Shown: one piece after another, positions 51,526-64,000 of the stretch
How the letters are laid out: each line of letters opens with the position of its first letter
How positions within the stretch are numbered: position 1 is the stretch's first letter
Origin: Squalus acanthias
Lineage: Eukaryota
Assembly (NCBI GenBank): GCA_030390025.1
Contig: CM059431.1
Location: 124,312,001 to 124,376,000 of the forward strand
Length of the DNA stretch: 64,000 bases
Direction of reading: 5' to 3'
Translations under genes and position numbers: made by a program
The notes under the pieces: generated by a model
What the model saw: the letters and a program-made list of their open reading frames with translations, nothing else
Databases searched by the model: none
What the model was told of the DNA's origin: nothing

Positions 51526-51740
51526 AAAAATGAGAAGTCGCACAACACCAGGTTATAGTCCAACAGATTTATTTAATTTTACAAGCTTTCGAAGCAGTTC
51601 GCTCCTTCGTCAGGCTCCTGACGAAGGAGCGAACTGCTTCGAAAGCTTGTAAAATTAAATAAATCTGTTGGACTATAACCTGGTGTTGTGCGACTTCTCA
51701 TTTTTGTCCACCCCAGTCCAACGCCGGCATCTCCACATCA
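51526..51740. mobile_element. Miniature fold-back Penelope-like insertion with hammerhead core
   Basis: Perfect 89-bp arms (51526-51614 / 51617-51705), 35-nt tail, TSD TTACTAATTTAAA; CTGACGA-stem-GAAA in each arm. Confidence 0.8.
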
Positions 51741-53340
51741 TTACTAATTTAAAGTCGAACCCACAGCCCTATTTATCCTTTCCGCTAGGACCTTGGTCCC
51801 ATTCTGGTTCAGGTGGAGCCCATCCCAGTACTGGTGCCAATGTCCGATGAAATGGAACCCCTCCTTCCCACACCACTCTTTCTTGATCTGTTTATCCCTA
51901 TACCAATTAGCATGTGGCTCGAGTAATAATCCTGAGATTGCCAGCTGTGAGGACTTGCTTTTTAATTTCCTATGTCATTGGTCCCGACATGGACCATGAC
52001 AACTGGATCTTTCCCCTCTCTTTCCAAGTTCCTCTCCAGTTGCTCCAACATATCCTTTACCCTTGCGCCAGGTAGGCAACACACCCTTCTGGACACTCAG
52101 TCATGACTGCAGAGGAAGCAATCTATCAACCTAATTATTGAATCTCCTCGGACCACAACCTTTCTATTTCTATCCTGCTTCTCCCCCTTCCTCCCTTGGA
52201 CTGCCTTCTGCTCCATGGTGCCATGGTTATCATTCTGGCCATCCTCTAAGCCACCTTTATTCTGATCCTCATAGGTAGCCAGTTAATTATGCCTGTTGGA
52301 TAGGACCAGTGTCTGCAGGATATCCTTGTCTACCTCCTCCAGGTTCCCCCAACACTGTTGACTGAGAGTCATACACTCCCCTTCCTGCACCTGTGCTTTC
52401 CTCTGAGGTATGATTGTATTCTGGAGGAAATTATCCAGTAATTCCTCCCTCTCTCTCTTATGTGTCAGAGTGCCTCTAACTCGTCTCCAATTCAAGGACA
52501 ATGAGCTGGAGTGTCTCAGGGCAGCGATATTTACTACAGATGTGGCAATTTGGGACAGTCTCACTGTACACAAACTCCCACACGCTACAGTCCTGACACA
52601 CTACCGGTGCTATCATATCGAATCTTTATTTGTTTCTTTTTAGGAGTAATTTATCTCTGGAGCTAATAAAAATGCTTAATGAATTGATGGATTAGATTGA
52701 TATCAAATTAATTTGTAATTACTCTGATTATTTCTTATTTATTTATTATTTTGTGTACCAGATATTTATTTAATGCAATTCGGATCCTTTTAATGTTGGT
52801 ATCCTCCACTTAGTTTAATTCATGCACTTAGATCTAATTAACTACTCTGAATATGTATTGATAAATTTACTTAATTAACTATTTATTTAGATTTGATATT
52901 TAAAATTAGAATGTGTACAATAAATTAAGCATTTAGCTTAAATTCCTCAGGTTCTGCCACTCCTCCTGAGTGCTCAGCTGCCAGTTCTCTCAATCTTTTT
53001 ATAAGAAAATAAGAAATAGGAGCAGGAGTCGGCCATTTGGCCCTTCAATAAGATCATGGCTGATCTTCTGTCTCAACTCCACCTTCCCGCACTATCCCTG
53101 TATCCCTTGATTCCCTTAGTATCCAAAAATCTATCGATCTGTGTCTTAAACATGACTAGTTACAGCCTGTCAACCTGACAATAACTAGTTTATTCCTACT
53201 CTCTGTTTTCTGTCCATTAACCAATATTACCCCCAATCCCATGAGACCTAATTTTGTGTAATAACCTCTTGTGTGGCACATTATCAAAAGCTTTTTCAAA
53301 ATCCAAATACACTATATCTATTGGTTCCTAACTATCTACC

Positions 53341-53636
53341 ACAGAATCCCCACAGTGCAGATAGAGGCCATTTCGGCCCATCGAGCCTGCACATATCCCA
53401 CCCTATCCCTACGTATTTAATCCCCCTAATACTAAGGGTCAATTTATCATAGCCAAATCAACCTAACCCACACATCTTTAGACTGTGTGGAGGAAACCGG
53501 AGCACCCGGAGGAAACCCACGCAGACACGGGGAGAATGTGCAAACTCCACACAGACAGTCAGCCGAGGCCGGATTCGAATCCGGGTCCCTGGTGCTGTGA
53601 GACAACAGTGCTAACCACTATGCCACCGTGTTACCC
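53341..53636 (-). mobile_element. HE1-type tRNA-derived V-SINE
   Basis: A box TGGCATAGTGG, B box GGATTCGAATCC, V-domain TGTGTGGAGTTTGCACATTCTCCCCGTGTCTGCGTGGGTTTCC, CR1-like tail. Confidence 0.9.
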
Positions 53637-54133
53637 TGCTAGATAGAACCTCAAAAAACTCTTAACAGTTTTGTCAAAGACGATTTCCCTTTCATAAATC
53701 CATGTTGACTCTGGCCAATTATATTATGATTTTCTAAGTGTCCTGTTATCACATCCCGAATAATAGATTCTAGCATTTTCCCTACTAATGTCAGGCTAAC
53801 TGGCCTATAGTTCCCTATTTTCTCTCTCCCTCCTTTCTTGAATAGCTGGGTTATGTTTGCTACAGTCCAATCCACAGGGACCATTCTAAAATCTAGGGAA
53901 TTTTGGAAGATCAAAACCAATGCATCCACTATCTCTCTAGCTATCTCTTTTAAAACCCTAGGATGTAGGCCATCAGGTCCAGAGGATTTGTTGGCTTTTA
54001 GTCCCATTAATTTCTCCAGTATTATTTCTTTACCAATACTAATTTCTTTAAGTTTCTCATTCTCACTAGACCCTTCATTCCCCACTATTTCCAAAATGTT
54101 TTTTGTGTCTTCTAACTTGAAGACAGATACAAG

Positions 54134-55224
54134 GGGGGGAGGGGGGAAATTTAACCTAAAATAACGGGTGGGTTTGGAGTGTCGGGGTAGTTACATTGTT
54201 AAAAATGGGATTTCCAACCTGATCCCTCCTCCAACACGCCCACTTCCGGTTTTTACAGAGACAGGACAGGGGTGGGCAACCAACCCGCTCCCAGGGGGCG
54301 GAAAGTCAATTTAAATATTATAATGAGGCTGGAAGCCTTTTTTAAATCTCCATTTTGGTGTTTTTAACTGCATGTGGAGGTTTCACACAATTCGTGAAAC
54401 CCGGCAAGGTAACGCAGGGATTGCTGGATCCAGGAGCTAAACGCCTTTATACCTCCCTCCTGGATCCAGGGACCCTACCTAACCGCCCCCCCCCGCTGTG
54501 ATTGGAGATCCCCCCCCCCGCTAGGGCTCCGAATACCTCCCCAGGCCTGCCCACCTGCCCCTAGGCTTCCCCACACCACGATGATGCTGGATCCGGCCAC
54601 AATCTTCTGGTGGCCAGCCCTGATCTTCTCTCTCCCCCCTTCCCCGCTCCCCTCCATTCCTACCTGACCTCACCCCCCGAAGCTTCCCCCGGCCCGATCC
54701 CCAGCCCTCTCTCAACCATCCCCCCACCCCCTCACCCACCCCTGATCGTCTGCCCGGCCCCGATCTTCGGTCCTCTCGCCACCCTCCTTGATCCATTGTG
54801 TGTGCCCCCTTCCTCTCTTCACCCCTCTCCACCCCCGATCCATTGCCTGGCCCCCAGTCCTCTCTCCACCCCTCCCCCCCCCCCAATCCTCTGCCCAGGC
54901 CCCCAGTTCTCTCTCCACCCCCCGATCCTCTGCCCGGCCCCCGGTTCTTTCTCCACCACCCCCCCCCCCGATCCTTTGCCCGGCGCCCGGTCCTCACGCG
55001 AACCCTCCCTCCCTGCTTCGTGCGGCCGCAGCCCTACCTGCCCGCAGCCAACCAGCCTCTCAATCTGGCTGGTTGTGGGCGGGAAACCGAGGCCTCACAT
55101 GCAAATCAGGCCTGCCGTTAAAGTCGGCAGTACCTGCAGGAAACCCGGCCTCCCAGATTTCCTGACCGCATCAGAACCCGCCCGCCCCCACCCCCCACCT
55201 GCTTTCCTCCAGAAAATTCCGGCC
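54134..55224 (+). mobile_element. Harbinger-type MITE with C-rich minisatellite, copy 1
   Basis: Ends GGGGGGAAATTT / AAAATTCCGGCC; TSD AAG; reverse-complement match to 58670-59511. Confidence 0.85.
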
Positions 55225-55685
55225 AAGGTATTTGTTTAATGCCTCTGCCATTTCCTTATTCTCCACTATAATTTCTCCTGTCTCTTCTTGTAAGGGACCC
55301 ATGTTTACTTTTGCTAATCTCTTCCTCTTTACATACCTATAGAAGCTTTTACAACCTGTTTTTATGTTTCTTGCTAGTTTACTCTCATATTCTATTTTTT
55401 CTCTATCAATTTCTTGGTCATCGTTTGTTGAATTCTAAAATCCTCCCAATCCTCAGGCTAACTAATCTTTTTGGCAACATTATAAGTCTCTTCCTTTAAT
55501 CTAATACTATCTTTAACTTCTCTTGTTAGCCACGGTTGGACCACTTTTCCTGTGAGGTTTTTATTTCTTAAGGGAATGTATATTTGTTGTGAATTATGAA
55601 TTATTTCTTTAAATGTTTGCCATTGCTTACCTACCATCATACCTTTTAATCTAGTTTCCTAATCTTTCTTAGCCAACTCATCTCT

Positions 55686-56429
55686 TCCCACTGTCCAGGG
55701 CCCCAAACACCCCTTCCAGGTGAAACAGCGATTTACTTGTACTTCCTGCAATTTAGTATACTGTATTCGCTGCTCACGATGTGGACTCCTCTACATTGGG
55801 GAGACCAAACGCAGATTGGGTGACCGCTTTGCGGAACACCTCCGTTCAGTCCGTAAGGGGGACCCCGAGCTCCCGGTGGCCTGTCACTTTAATTCACCGC
55901 TTCACTCCCACTCTGACCTCACCGTCCTCGGCCTATTACACTGTTCCACGGAAGCGCAGCGTAAGCTCGAGGAACAGCACCTCATCTTTCGTTTAGGCAC
56001 GCTACAGCCCTCTGGACTCAATATCGAGTTCAACAATTTTAGATCATAACCTCAGCTCCAATCACATTTATATTTTATTTTTTCCACCCTTTTATTTGCC
56101 CCCCCCCACCTTTTTTTTCCTCCTAGAAGCTGGCAGCTGTCCTTCATTCTGCCAGTGGATTTCACACTTCTTTCAGCCTTAATCTGTCACATTAACACCA
56201 CCTCTAGCCTTGCATATCTCTTAATGTCTCTTAATGTCTCTTCATCTCTCCCTTTGTTCTTTTATCCCCTCCCCCTTTTCCCAGCTTTACTCTGGCCTTA
56301 AATCTATTTGATTTCCAGCTCTTCACAGTTCTGACGAAAGGACATCGACCTGAAACGTTAACTCTCTTTCTCTCTCCACGGATGCTGCCTGGCCTGCTGA
56401 GTTTTTCCAGCATTTTCTGTTGTTATTTC
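55686..56429 (+). mobile_element. Penelope-like element 3' part: GIY-YIG endonuclease (55720-56049) + pseudo-LTR
   Basis: NLVYCIRCSRCGLLYIGET..R..EH..HFN..E..LI..LGTLQPSGLN; 3' end matches the 34869-35110 element. Confidence 0.92.
56327..56363 (+). ncRNA. Minimal type I hammerhead ribozyme motif
   Basis: AGUU-CUGACGA-A-AGGAC-AUC-GACCU-GAAA-CGU-U-AACU; intact core, one mismatch in stem II. Confidence 0.78.
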
Positions 56430-56849
56430 TCATACCTATGTAGTTTGCTTTGTTCATATTTAAGACCCTAGTTTCGTATTTAACTAAATCACTCTCAAAG
56501 TCAATATAAAATTCTACATATTATGGTCACTCTTCCCCAGAGGCTCCTTTACTACAAGGTTATTAATTAACCCTGTCTCATTGCACAATATTAGATCTAA
56601 AATAGCCTGTTCCCTAGTTGGTTCCGTGACATACTGATCTAGAAAACTATCTTGAATGCATTCCATGAACTTGTCCTCTACACTATTACTGCAAATTTTG
56701 TTTGCCCAGTCTATATGAAGAGTAAAGTCCCCCATGATTACTGTATTATGCTTGTTACATGCACCTCTGATTTCCTGATTTATGCTCTGCCCGACACTAC
56801 AACTACTGTTAGGGGTCTATAAACTACTCCCCTTCTGCCCCTTGTTGTT

Positions 56850-57345
56850 TTAGACTCAGTTCCCAAAATGCTTGAAGACTACACTTACTGAACCTCTTCC
56901 TGCACTACGTAGCAGATTCTTGAGTGGTGCAGGTTGCAATGACTGCCTCTACCACCTCCCTTAAGATACTTTGAGTTGCCCCCTTATGTCTGCCTCTTAT
57001 GGCTTTGATTTCTCCCGACAACAATTCCAGAGATACATCTGAGAATCTGGGATGCTTTCCAGCTGCTGCTTCAGATATTGCTGCCATTCTTCTTCTTCCT
57101 GCTGTGTAGAAACTGATGTAGTCCTTTAACTGGCTGCAGCCTTTTAAAGGCTGTACTAGAATCATATTTCCCTCCCCCATTAATAGCAGTAAATCTATCA
57201 AGAGCAGTATTACTGCTCCAAACCCACCCTACACAGCAAATGAGGCTCCCAGGAGAAACTGACAGCAGGTCAATGGCGGATTCACATTAGTTGACGGTAT
57301 TTCTGCTCCGCTGCTATCTCACCAACAGGAGGAGAATTCAGCTCA
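56850..57345 (-). mobile_element. Old Harbinger terminus with Myb-like exon 1 remnant
   Basis: GKHPRFSDVSLELLSGEI..ILREVVEAVIA; ends GAGAATTCAGCTC. Confidence 0.5.
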
Positions 57346-58669
57346 TGAAACACAATCAGGTATCAGCTGCAGAGAAGGATATTTTTACTCAATTTCTATA
57401 CATGGCATTCAGATTAGAGCATATAGTCACTGTCTGAAGTTGGCTATGCAATAATCAATGTTAACACGTTCCTCACAAGTCCATCTGTGGTCTATAAATT
57501 ATAGTGTATCAATACCATTGGCAATATCAGTACTTTGCACTATGTATTGATCAGTTTAATCAATCAGTTAAGCTATGTTATTTTATAAAGACAATGAAAA
57601 AGAATATCACTGTACCCTGCCAAATAATTTTACAAGGTATTTTACAAAGGAGTTATTTTACATATAGTGTGTTCTTTGGCATTGCCATGTGATGCGTCAC
57701 CAATGGTGGTGTGCTGTGCTCTATTTTATGTTCTGGTTTTCCATACACCATGGCACAATGACACAGTTGGTGCTTCTGCAAATAGTCAGCGTAGGTACAG
57801 TGAATTTGAGGATACACTTATAATGCACCAAGTGAATCAAGGGTGAATTGCTCTCAAACCGACTTCAGGTTTGGAGATACAACTTGCACTGGGTTTTCCA
57901 AAATCCAATCCAACTTCCTGGGTTTAAATGGCTCTAAAACCATGATGTGGGTTCATGTCACATCACTGTGAAAGCATGGGCACATGACAGATTATTTATT
58001 AGCCATGAAAAATATTCCCTATTTTATCCCTGCGAGGGGCATTCAACTGTTGAATGATTTTCATTAAATTTCTCATTTCACCAGACCTTGATAGCAATGT
58101 TTCAGGCATGCCCTCACTCAAACTGCAGAAGACCACGTTACACTGCAGTCCGGGTGTGAAAACCCCTCACTTCGACAGCTCCAATGCAATCTGCTCTGAG
58201 ATCCCTGGTCAATCTCGGTTTAAATTTCATTGCAGAAACTGCTTTGCTGCAACACTAAAGCTGGAATGTAAATTCATCCTGCTAAATGCAACTCTATTTG
58301 CACATTTTGTTGCTGCAAAGTGTCCATTGCTTGTGGTGATATTAGAACCATGTTTTCAGTGGTACTAAAGACTAAAGATGAATAAAGACTAAATTTAGCT
58401 GTGAGCCACAGCAGTCCCAAAATAACAAACATTTTAAAGAACAGGACATTTTAAAGAGCCTATTCAGGAATAAATGTAAGCAAATAAATCACAGATGGCA
58501 GGAGATTGTGTTCGGACCAATTCACACTAGTTCTTAAGTTTAATTACCTTACTCTTAACCATGGCATCACAAATAAACTCATTTTATTTTGATTATTGCT
58601 CGAATGAACAGATTACCAAAAAGTAGATTTTAATCTCAGGGTATGTAACTTTGTCTGAACAAACACATT

Positions 58670-59511
58670 GGCTGGAATTTTCTGGAGGAAGGTGGGTTGG
58701 GGGCGGGTGGGCTCCGATGCGGTTGGGAAACCCGGGAGGCCTTTAACGGCAGGGCCTGATTTACATGTGAGGCCTCAGTTTCCTGCCCGCAGCCAGCCAG
58801 ATTGAGAGGCTGGCTGGCTGCGGGCGGGTAGGCCTGTGGCCACACAGAGCGAACAGGAGGGTTCGTGTGAGGACCGGGGGCCGGGCAATGGATCGGGGGG
58901 TGGGTGGGGAGGGGGTGGGGGGGCTTGGTGGGGGGGTGGGGGACTGAGGATCAGGGCCGGGCAATGGATCGGGGGGGAGGTGGTGGAAAGGATCGGGGAT
59001 CGGGCCAGGAGAAGCATTGCGGGGGGGGAGAGGACCAGGGATCAGGCCAGGGGAAGCATCATTGTTGAGGGGAGAGGAAGTCTGGGGGCCGGGGGTGGGG
59101 TGAGGCCTGGGGAGGTGATCGGAAGCCTGGGGGGACCTCCGATCACGGGGGGTGGGTTAGATAGGATCCCTGGATCCAGGAGCTAGGTATAAAAACATTT
59201 ACCTCCTGGATCCAGCAGTCCCTGCCTCGCTTTAACTGCCGGGTTTCACGAATTGTGTGAAACCCGTCCACATGCAGTTAAAAACAAAATGGATGTTAAA
59301 AAAAGGCTTCCAGCCTCATTATAATATTTAAATTGACATTCCGCCCCCTGGGGGCGGGTTGGTCACCTGCCCCTCCATTCCATCCCATCCCGCCTCCGTT
59401 AAAACTGGAAGTGGGCAGGTTGGAGGCGGGAGCAGGTCGGGAATCCCATTTTTAACAATTTAACTATCCCCACGCCCCAAACCCACCCATTTTTTTAGGT
59501 TAAAATTCCCT
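58670..59511 (-). mobile_element. Harbinger-type MITE with G-rich minisatellite, copy 2
   Basis: Reverse complement of 54134-55224 (shared translation PQPASLSIWL..PHM). Confidence 0.85.
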
Positions 59512-59992
59512 TTAAGTGTTTGTTGCAAACTCATTTTTGTAAGAATGTTGTGATTTCATCCTGCAAGTGCCAAAATATTTTCAAATATGGAACAATGTAG
59601 ATTTACAAATTACTTTATTATTTGCTCAGTGATACAGAATGAACTACAATGGGGCAGAATGCATCAGCTATCATCAAAATATATTATCTCAGAGAATGAA
59701 CTGTAGAGTTAGTACCCAGATACAGTACAACACTATATTACATTTTCTTTAAAAATCACCTATTACAGGAATGGTATTTTCTGGCTAATGGTTTAGTGTA
59801 CAGTATAGAGTGGGACAGGTTATTACTAAGGTATAGACTGCATTATCTTTACAGTCTACTCCTGATGGGTCAAAATCATTGCTTGCGCTAAAATAAAAAT
59901 CGAATTATCCAACAATTGAAATTAAGCAATGCAAATTAAACAGTAAAGCGTGAATTTAATGCAAAAGTAAAAATTCAAACCACCAGATATTT

Positions 59993-60065
59993 GGGTACGG
60001 TAGCGTAGTGGTTATAGTATTTAACTAGCCAGCCTGAGGTGATGAGTTTAAGAGTTGAACTTTCC
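59993..60065 (+). mobile_element. tRNA-derived SINE head remnant
   Basis: GGGTACGGTAGCGTAGTGGTTA A-box; B-box decayed. Confidence 0.45.
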
Positions 60066-61453
60066 TCGGTGCAGCTGTGTTCCATTTTCTTGGGTTGGGG
60101 TCCATTGCCATTTCCATTTTGTAGCAGTGCAAGAGTGGCAGTAACGCACCGAATTTGCTTTCCAATCTGACTGAAGTAGGGTGGGCCCTTCTTGGGGTGA
60201 CCATCTCACACTGCCTGCAGAGCAGAGTTTTATTTTAAAGTTTGGAGAAAGCAAAGACTCTGAAAATATTTAAAATTAAATAGCCAAGAGTGGGACTCTG
60301 CGCATGCATGTTAGTTCATGTGGCCACATCTCTCTCATGGTGACAGGATCATGTATTTGCAGCCAAGGAGAGCCCGCATTATAATTGCAATGTTGACAGG
60401 TGCAAACTGTTAACTTCAGTTATTGGCCTCAGGCTGGCAACACAGTGTTGTGACAAATTAAGTGAGAAAGATGTACAAGTAAAGATCGACAAGCATCTCC
60501 CTGCTTGCTATAAAACATTTTCTAATACCCATACAGCATTGTGGAAAAAGGAATGAAGATTAAATCATAAAGTCCCTTCTAGCTCTCATACAGAACAGTC
60601 CTGACTGACAAAGAACTGTTTTTATGCAAGCTACTGTCTCCTGAAAATGATTACTACCATTTGTGATATTACATTACTTACAAAAGTTGAAACAATGCTA
60701 TGATATTGTTGGCTTAGCAAGAACTCAAGGCTCACTGCAACTTGGCACACTACCAGCTAATTTCATTCATGCATTTAGACATTAATTCAGAAGCAGGCAA
60801 TCTACCATTTACACACACAACTCTAATTTTTCTACGGTCTGCTTTACCATTCCTTTCCAAGCTTCTCTATCTAATCTAATTGCACTGCTACCACCAAACC
60901 ATTTCTCCTGTCACAACGTTTCTTTGCTTCAAGGACCTCACTGCCATTAACAGCTTCTGTGTTCTGAAGAATACAACCATTTTTCTAGACTCTACATTAT
61001 GTTTCTCTATGCTTGTTGCTTGCTTGAAAATATAATTTATCCCAATTTACTTTTATAATTTGAACAGTGCCACAGCCTCACAACCTGAGCGTCAGGGCAT
61101 AGCCTGATCCCCATTTTGTTACCAAGTTTCAGGAAGTGGTAGTTATGGTTGATCATAAATAAAAAAGAAAAATAATTTATGATACACTACAGATTTGGAG
61201 GACATATTCCAGGCCAGGTGCCATGGTAGAACCACGCTCAACATACATAATGAGTTCTAGTTTAGAGTATCATTGAACTTGGCGACAGAGAAAAAACAGC
61301 TACAACCTCAAAAAAAGAAGTGAGAGAGCAAAGTGAGTTTGTGATTGCATTAGTATCTATACATCAATCTATGCTGTGTTAATCAAGTTCTACAAGATAA
61401 GCCCATAGAGAAATATATTTTGGCTTTTAGATCTATGAATGTTAATAACCCTT

Positions 61454-61982
61454 GTCCCAAAAATCGATGATGGGGTGTTTCCAACGTGCCAAGGCACACC
61501 CCTAGGAATGTCCACCACACATCTTAGTGGACTTTTCAGGATGAGAGGCCAACTCTCTACTTTGGGTGCCAACGATAGGCACAAATGCCGCAAGGGGCAC
61601 ATCAAGGGTGCTCGCCCACCAGGGAAGCTCTCTTGGAAAGATGCTTTCTTTGCCCTCAGGGGACCCCCCACGTGCACCATGCTTCTGCTTGTCAGTGGCT
61701 AGGCATGCCTGGTCTGACCAGGAGTTCCTCTGTCGACCACACAGCGGGTCCCAATGTGAGCTGAGCATGAGGGAACTCCTGACATCGGAAGTCCCTGTGC
61801 CCTCTATGCTGATGTCCTTGTTAGGGAGGTGGTTAATCCAGATCCACAAGGCCAATCGAAATTCCTGACTTTAGGCCAGGATTTGGCACATCTAGTTCTT
61901 GGCCCAGTTTCAGGCACTTCCGGTGAACTCCCGCTGATGTTACAGCCGAAGTACACCACAAGAGCCATGGATTTTTGCGTTC
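61454..61982. mobile_element. MITE (old)
   Basis: CAAAAATCGATG / CATGGATTTTTG inverted ends; TSD CTT. Confidence 0.6.
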
Positions 61983-62417
61983 CTTATTTTGTTTGTGTTG
62001 CTGTGCTAACATTCATTCATCTAAAATAACCCACGTTTTCCTGGTAGAAGTCTTTCATCACTTTGGTCTTAATGTTGCTGCTGGCAATCTGGTCATTTAA
62101 CCCTTATCATCTGCCATTGTTAGCACTGATGAGGAAGCATAATTCTGGGTGTATTATGTCATGGTCACAGAATAGAAAAGTTTGTTTCAGAGGCATGACT
62201 CTGTCTGAACTTATGGTTGCAGTTCTGGTGTAGAGAGAGGCTATTTGGATAAAGGGAGTAAATGCCATTAACACTAGGTGGCAGCATGCTCAATTTGAAT
62301 TTGCTGCCAGCGTGAAAGTAGTGTCCTTAACCCATTGGCGCAAGAAGTTAAATAAATAATGAAAAAGTATAAAGACAATTCGCCAATAATATGTAAAGGA
62401 AGGTTAAAAACACATAT

Positions 62418-64000
62418 AACAACAACAGTAACTTGTATTTATATAGTGCCTTTAACATAGTAAAAAGTTCCAAGGTACTTCACAGGAGAATTAAATGACA
62501 AAAATTTTGACACCGAGCCACATAAGGAGAAATTAGGGCAGGTGACCAAAAGCTTGGTCAAAGAGGTAGGTTTTAAGGAGTGTCTTAAAGGAGGAAAGAG
62601 AGGTAGCGAGGTACAGAGGTTTAGGGAGGGAATTCTAGAGCTTAGGGCCTAGGCAACAGAAGGCACAGCCATCAATGGTTGAATGATTATAATCAGGGAT
62701 GCTCAAGAGGCCAGAATTAGAGGAGCGCAGATATCTCGGGGGGTTGTGGGGCTGGAGGAGATTACAGAGATAGGGAGGGGCGAGGCCATGGAGGGATTTA
62801 AAAACAAGGGTAAGAATTTTGATATCGAGGCATTGCTTAACCGGGAGCCAATGTAGGTCAGCGAGCACAGGGGTGATGGGTGAATGGAACTTGGTGCGAG
62901 TTAGGACATGGGCAGCCGAGTTTTGGATCACCTCAAGTTTACGTAGGGTAGAATGTGGGAGGCCAGGGAGCACCATAATGCATCCCTACAATGTCCAAGC
63001 CATTCTTTTCACACTCATCACAATTGGGGGGGGAGGGGGTAAGTTGTGTCTCAACATTCACTGGAACTCACTAAGATACTTCCAAAGGTGAGCACAGATC
63101 TGTCCAATAAGGTAAAGTGTTGAAAATATAGATTTCAATGTTTGACAACACATTAAAAGAAACTTTACATGAACATTGGCTAAACCACCCAGGTGCATAC
63201 CCTTGTGTGTTATTAGTTTGTATGTTTGCAGTAGGTTGAGGGTGAATGTGAGGGTGGCTAGTGAGATGGGGAAGTGATAATGTAGATAGAGAGGGAGGGA
63301 TGGAGGTGCAAATTAAGTTGGTGTGAGTAAAGATGTGCAGGAGTAGGGTAGGGAAGGCAGAGTGATGTGGATGTGATGAGTGGCACAGCAGGATGAGGTT
63401 GAGTGTGGCTTGGCAGTAATGTTTCGTAATCTGCTCAGATCATTGAAAGGTTTGCACCACTGCAGCCTGGTCCTCCTGTGCAATGTGCAACAAGGCTGCA
63501 TTGATCTCCTGGGGAGGTCTCTTCCGCCTATGGGAGGGGAAGAGAACCTCCCTCCGTACTGTGACTCCCTCCATAAGCATATGGAGGGAGTCATGGGAGA
63601 GCCTGGGTGCAGCCGTGCACCTTTGTGCAGTGCTTGTCAGTGTTTGCAGCACCTCAATGCTGCAGAATACTGACAGGAGAATTGTCAAGATCAATTTGGA
63701 CATGGCACCTTTAAGGAAACCGGCTGATGACATGTCATCAAATGATGTCATCAGACCTGCTTCCTATTATTTGGCTGGGAACCTCGCTGGGCGGGCTTAA
63801 CAAGCCCAATCACTGAAAAATCATTTGGAGAGTGTGGGCTGCAGTAGGCAATGGGCTGGGACCGCGACACCGACCCTGGCCACCCCGGACCCACCTCAGT
63901 CGGCAAAATCCCAGCCATGGAGTTGAAGGAAGAGGCAGAGCTCAGTCTTTGTCCTTCTATCTTGTTGTCTAGGCCAGCGTGAGTTTGGAAAGGTAAGGCA
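62418..64000 (-). mobile_element. L2 LINE 3' part (62418-62966, resuming at 63917)
   Basis: IQNSAAHVLTRT..HSPITPVLADLHWLPV..FKSLHGLAPPYL; same family as 8297-8820. Confidence 0.88.
62967..63916 (-). mobile_element. Harbinger terminus with Myb-like exon 1 and intron remnant
   Basis: AAPRLSHDSLHMLMEGV..RREVLFP, WCKPFNDL; TIR AAAATCCCAGCC; similar to 43330-44000. Confidence 0.8.

Larger units (their letters stand above)
40033..52620 (-). mobile_element. Old, near full-length CR1 LINE fragmented by at least five insertions
   Basis: 3' tail at 40033; RT pieces (PEDWQTANVIPIFKKG) to 42694; EN pieces 47400-47666 and 50315-50600; ORF1-like region to ~52620; flanks rejoin across each TSD. Confidence 0.75.
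53003..56850 (-). mobile_element. CR1 LINE (decayed, internally deleted) with nested SINE, MITE and Penelope
   Basis: KSSGPDGLHPRVLKE, GNYRPVSLT, GDF..IDW, PTREQAILDLIL..LGKSDHN; CR1 tail at 53003. Confidence 0.85.

Noticed and set aside
51526..51705. miRNA precursor or DNA-transposon MITE
   Set aside because: Asymmetric tail, 13-bp TSD and hammerhead core fit a Penelope-like inversion better
53560..53636. tRNA gene
   Set aside because: A/B boxes run straight into a V-domain and LINE tail; it is a SINE head
54521..55239. Pro-rich and Gly-rich ORFs of 100-209 aa (also 58761-59186)
   Set aside because: By-products of the stop-poor C/G-rich minisatellite inside MITEs

Overview
Vertebrate non-coding DNA, most likely from a cartilaginous fish (inferred from HE1-type V-SINEs, Deu-type SINEs and esterase-ORF1 CR1 LINEs). 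Most of the window is nested transposable elements. No intact host gene is recognisable; there is one weak 109-nt candidate exon. Main contents: (1) three near-complete but decayed PIF/Harbinger DNA transposons (20.3-29.6, 30.6-38.5, 42.7-47.4 kb), each with a HARBI1-type DDE transposase facing a three-exon Myb/SANT-like gene, plus several remnants and about a dozen Harbinger-type MITEs with 3-bp TSDs; (2) a full-length CR1 LINE, two fragmented CR1s, and L2 and RTE LINEs; (3) two probable solo LTRs; (4) three Penelope-like insertions carrying minimal hammerhead ribozyme motifs, one of them a perfect 89-bp fold-back. The most unusual signals are the ribozyme-centred Penelope inversions, a MITE family whose three internal hairpins show six compensatory base-pair changes next to a promoter-like and splice-donor cassette, two short locally templated insertions, and a SINE-LINE chimeric retrocopy. 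All family assignments are by eye; no database searches were run.
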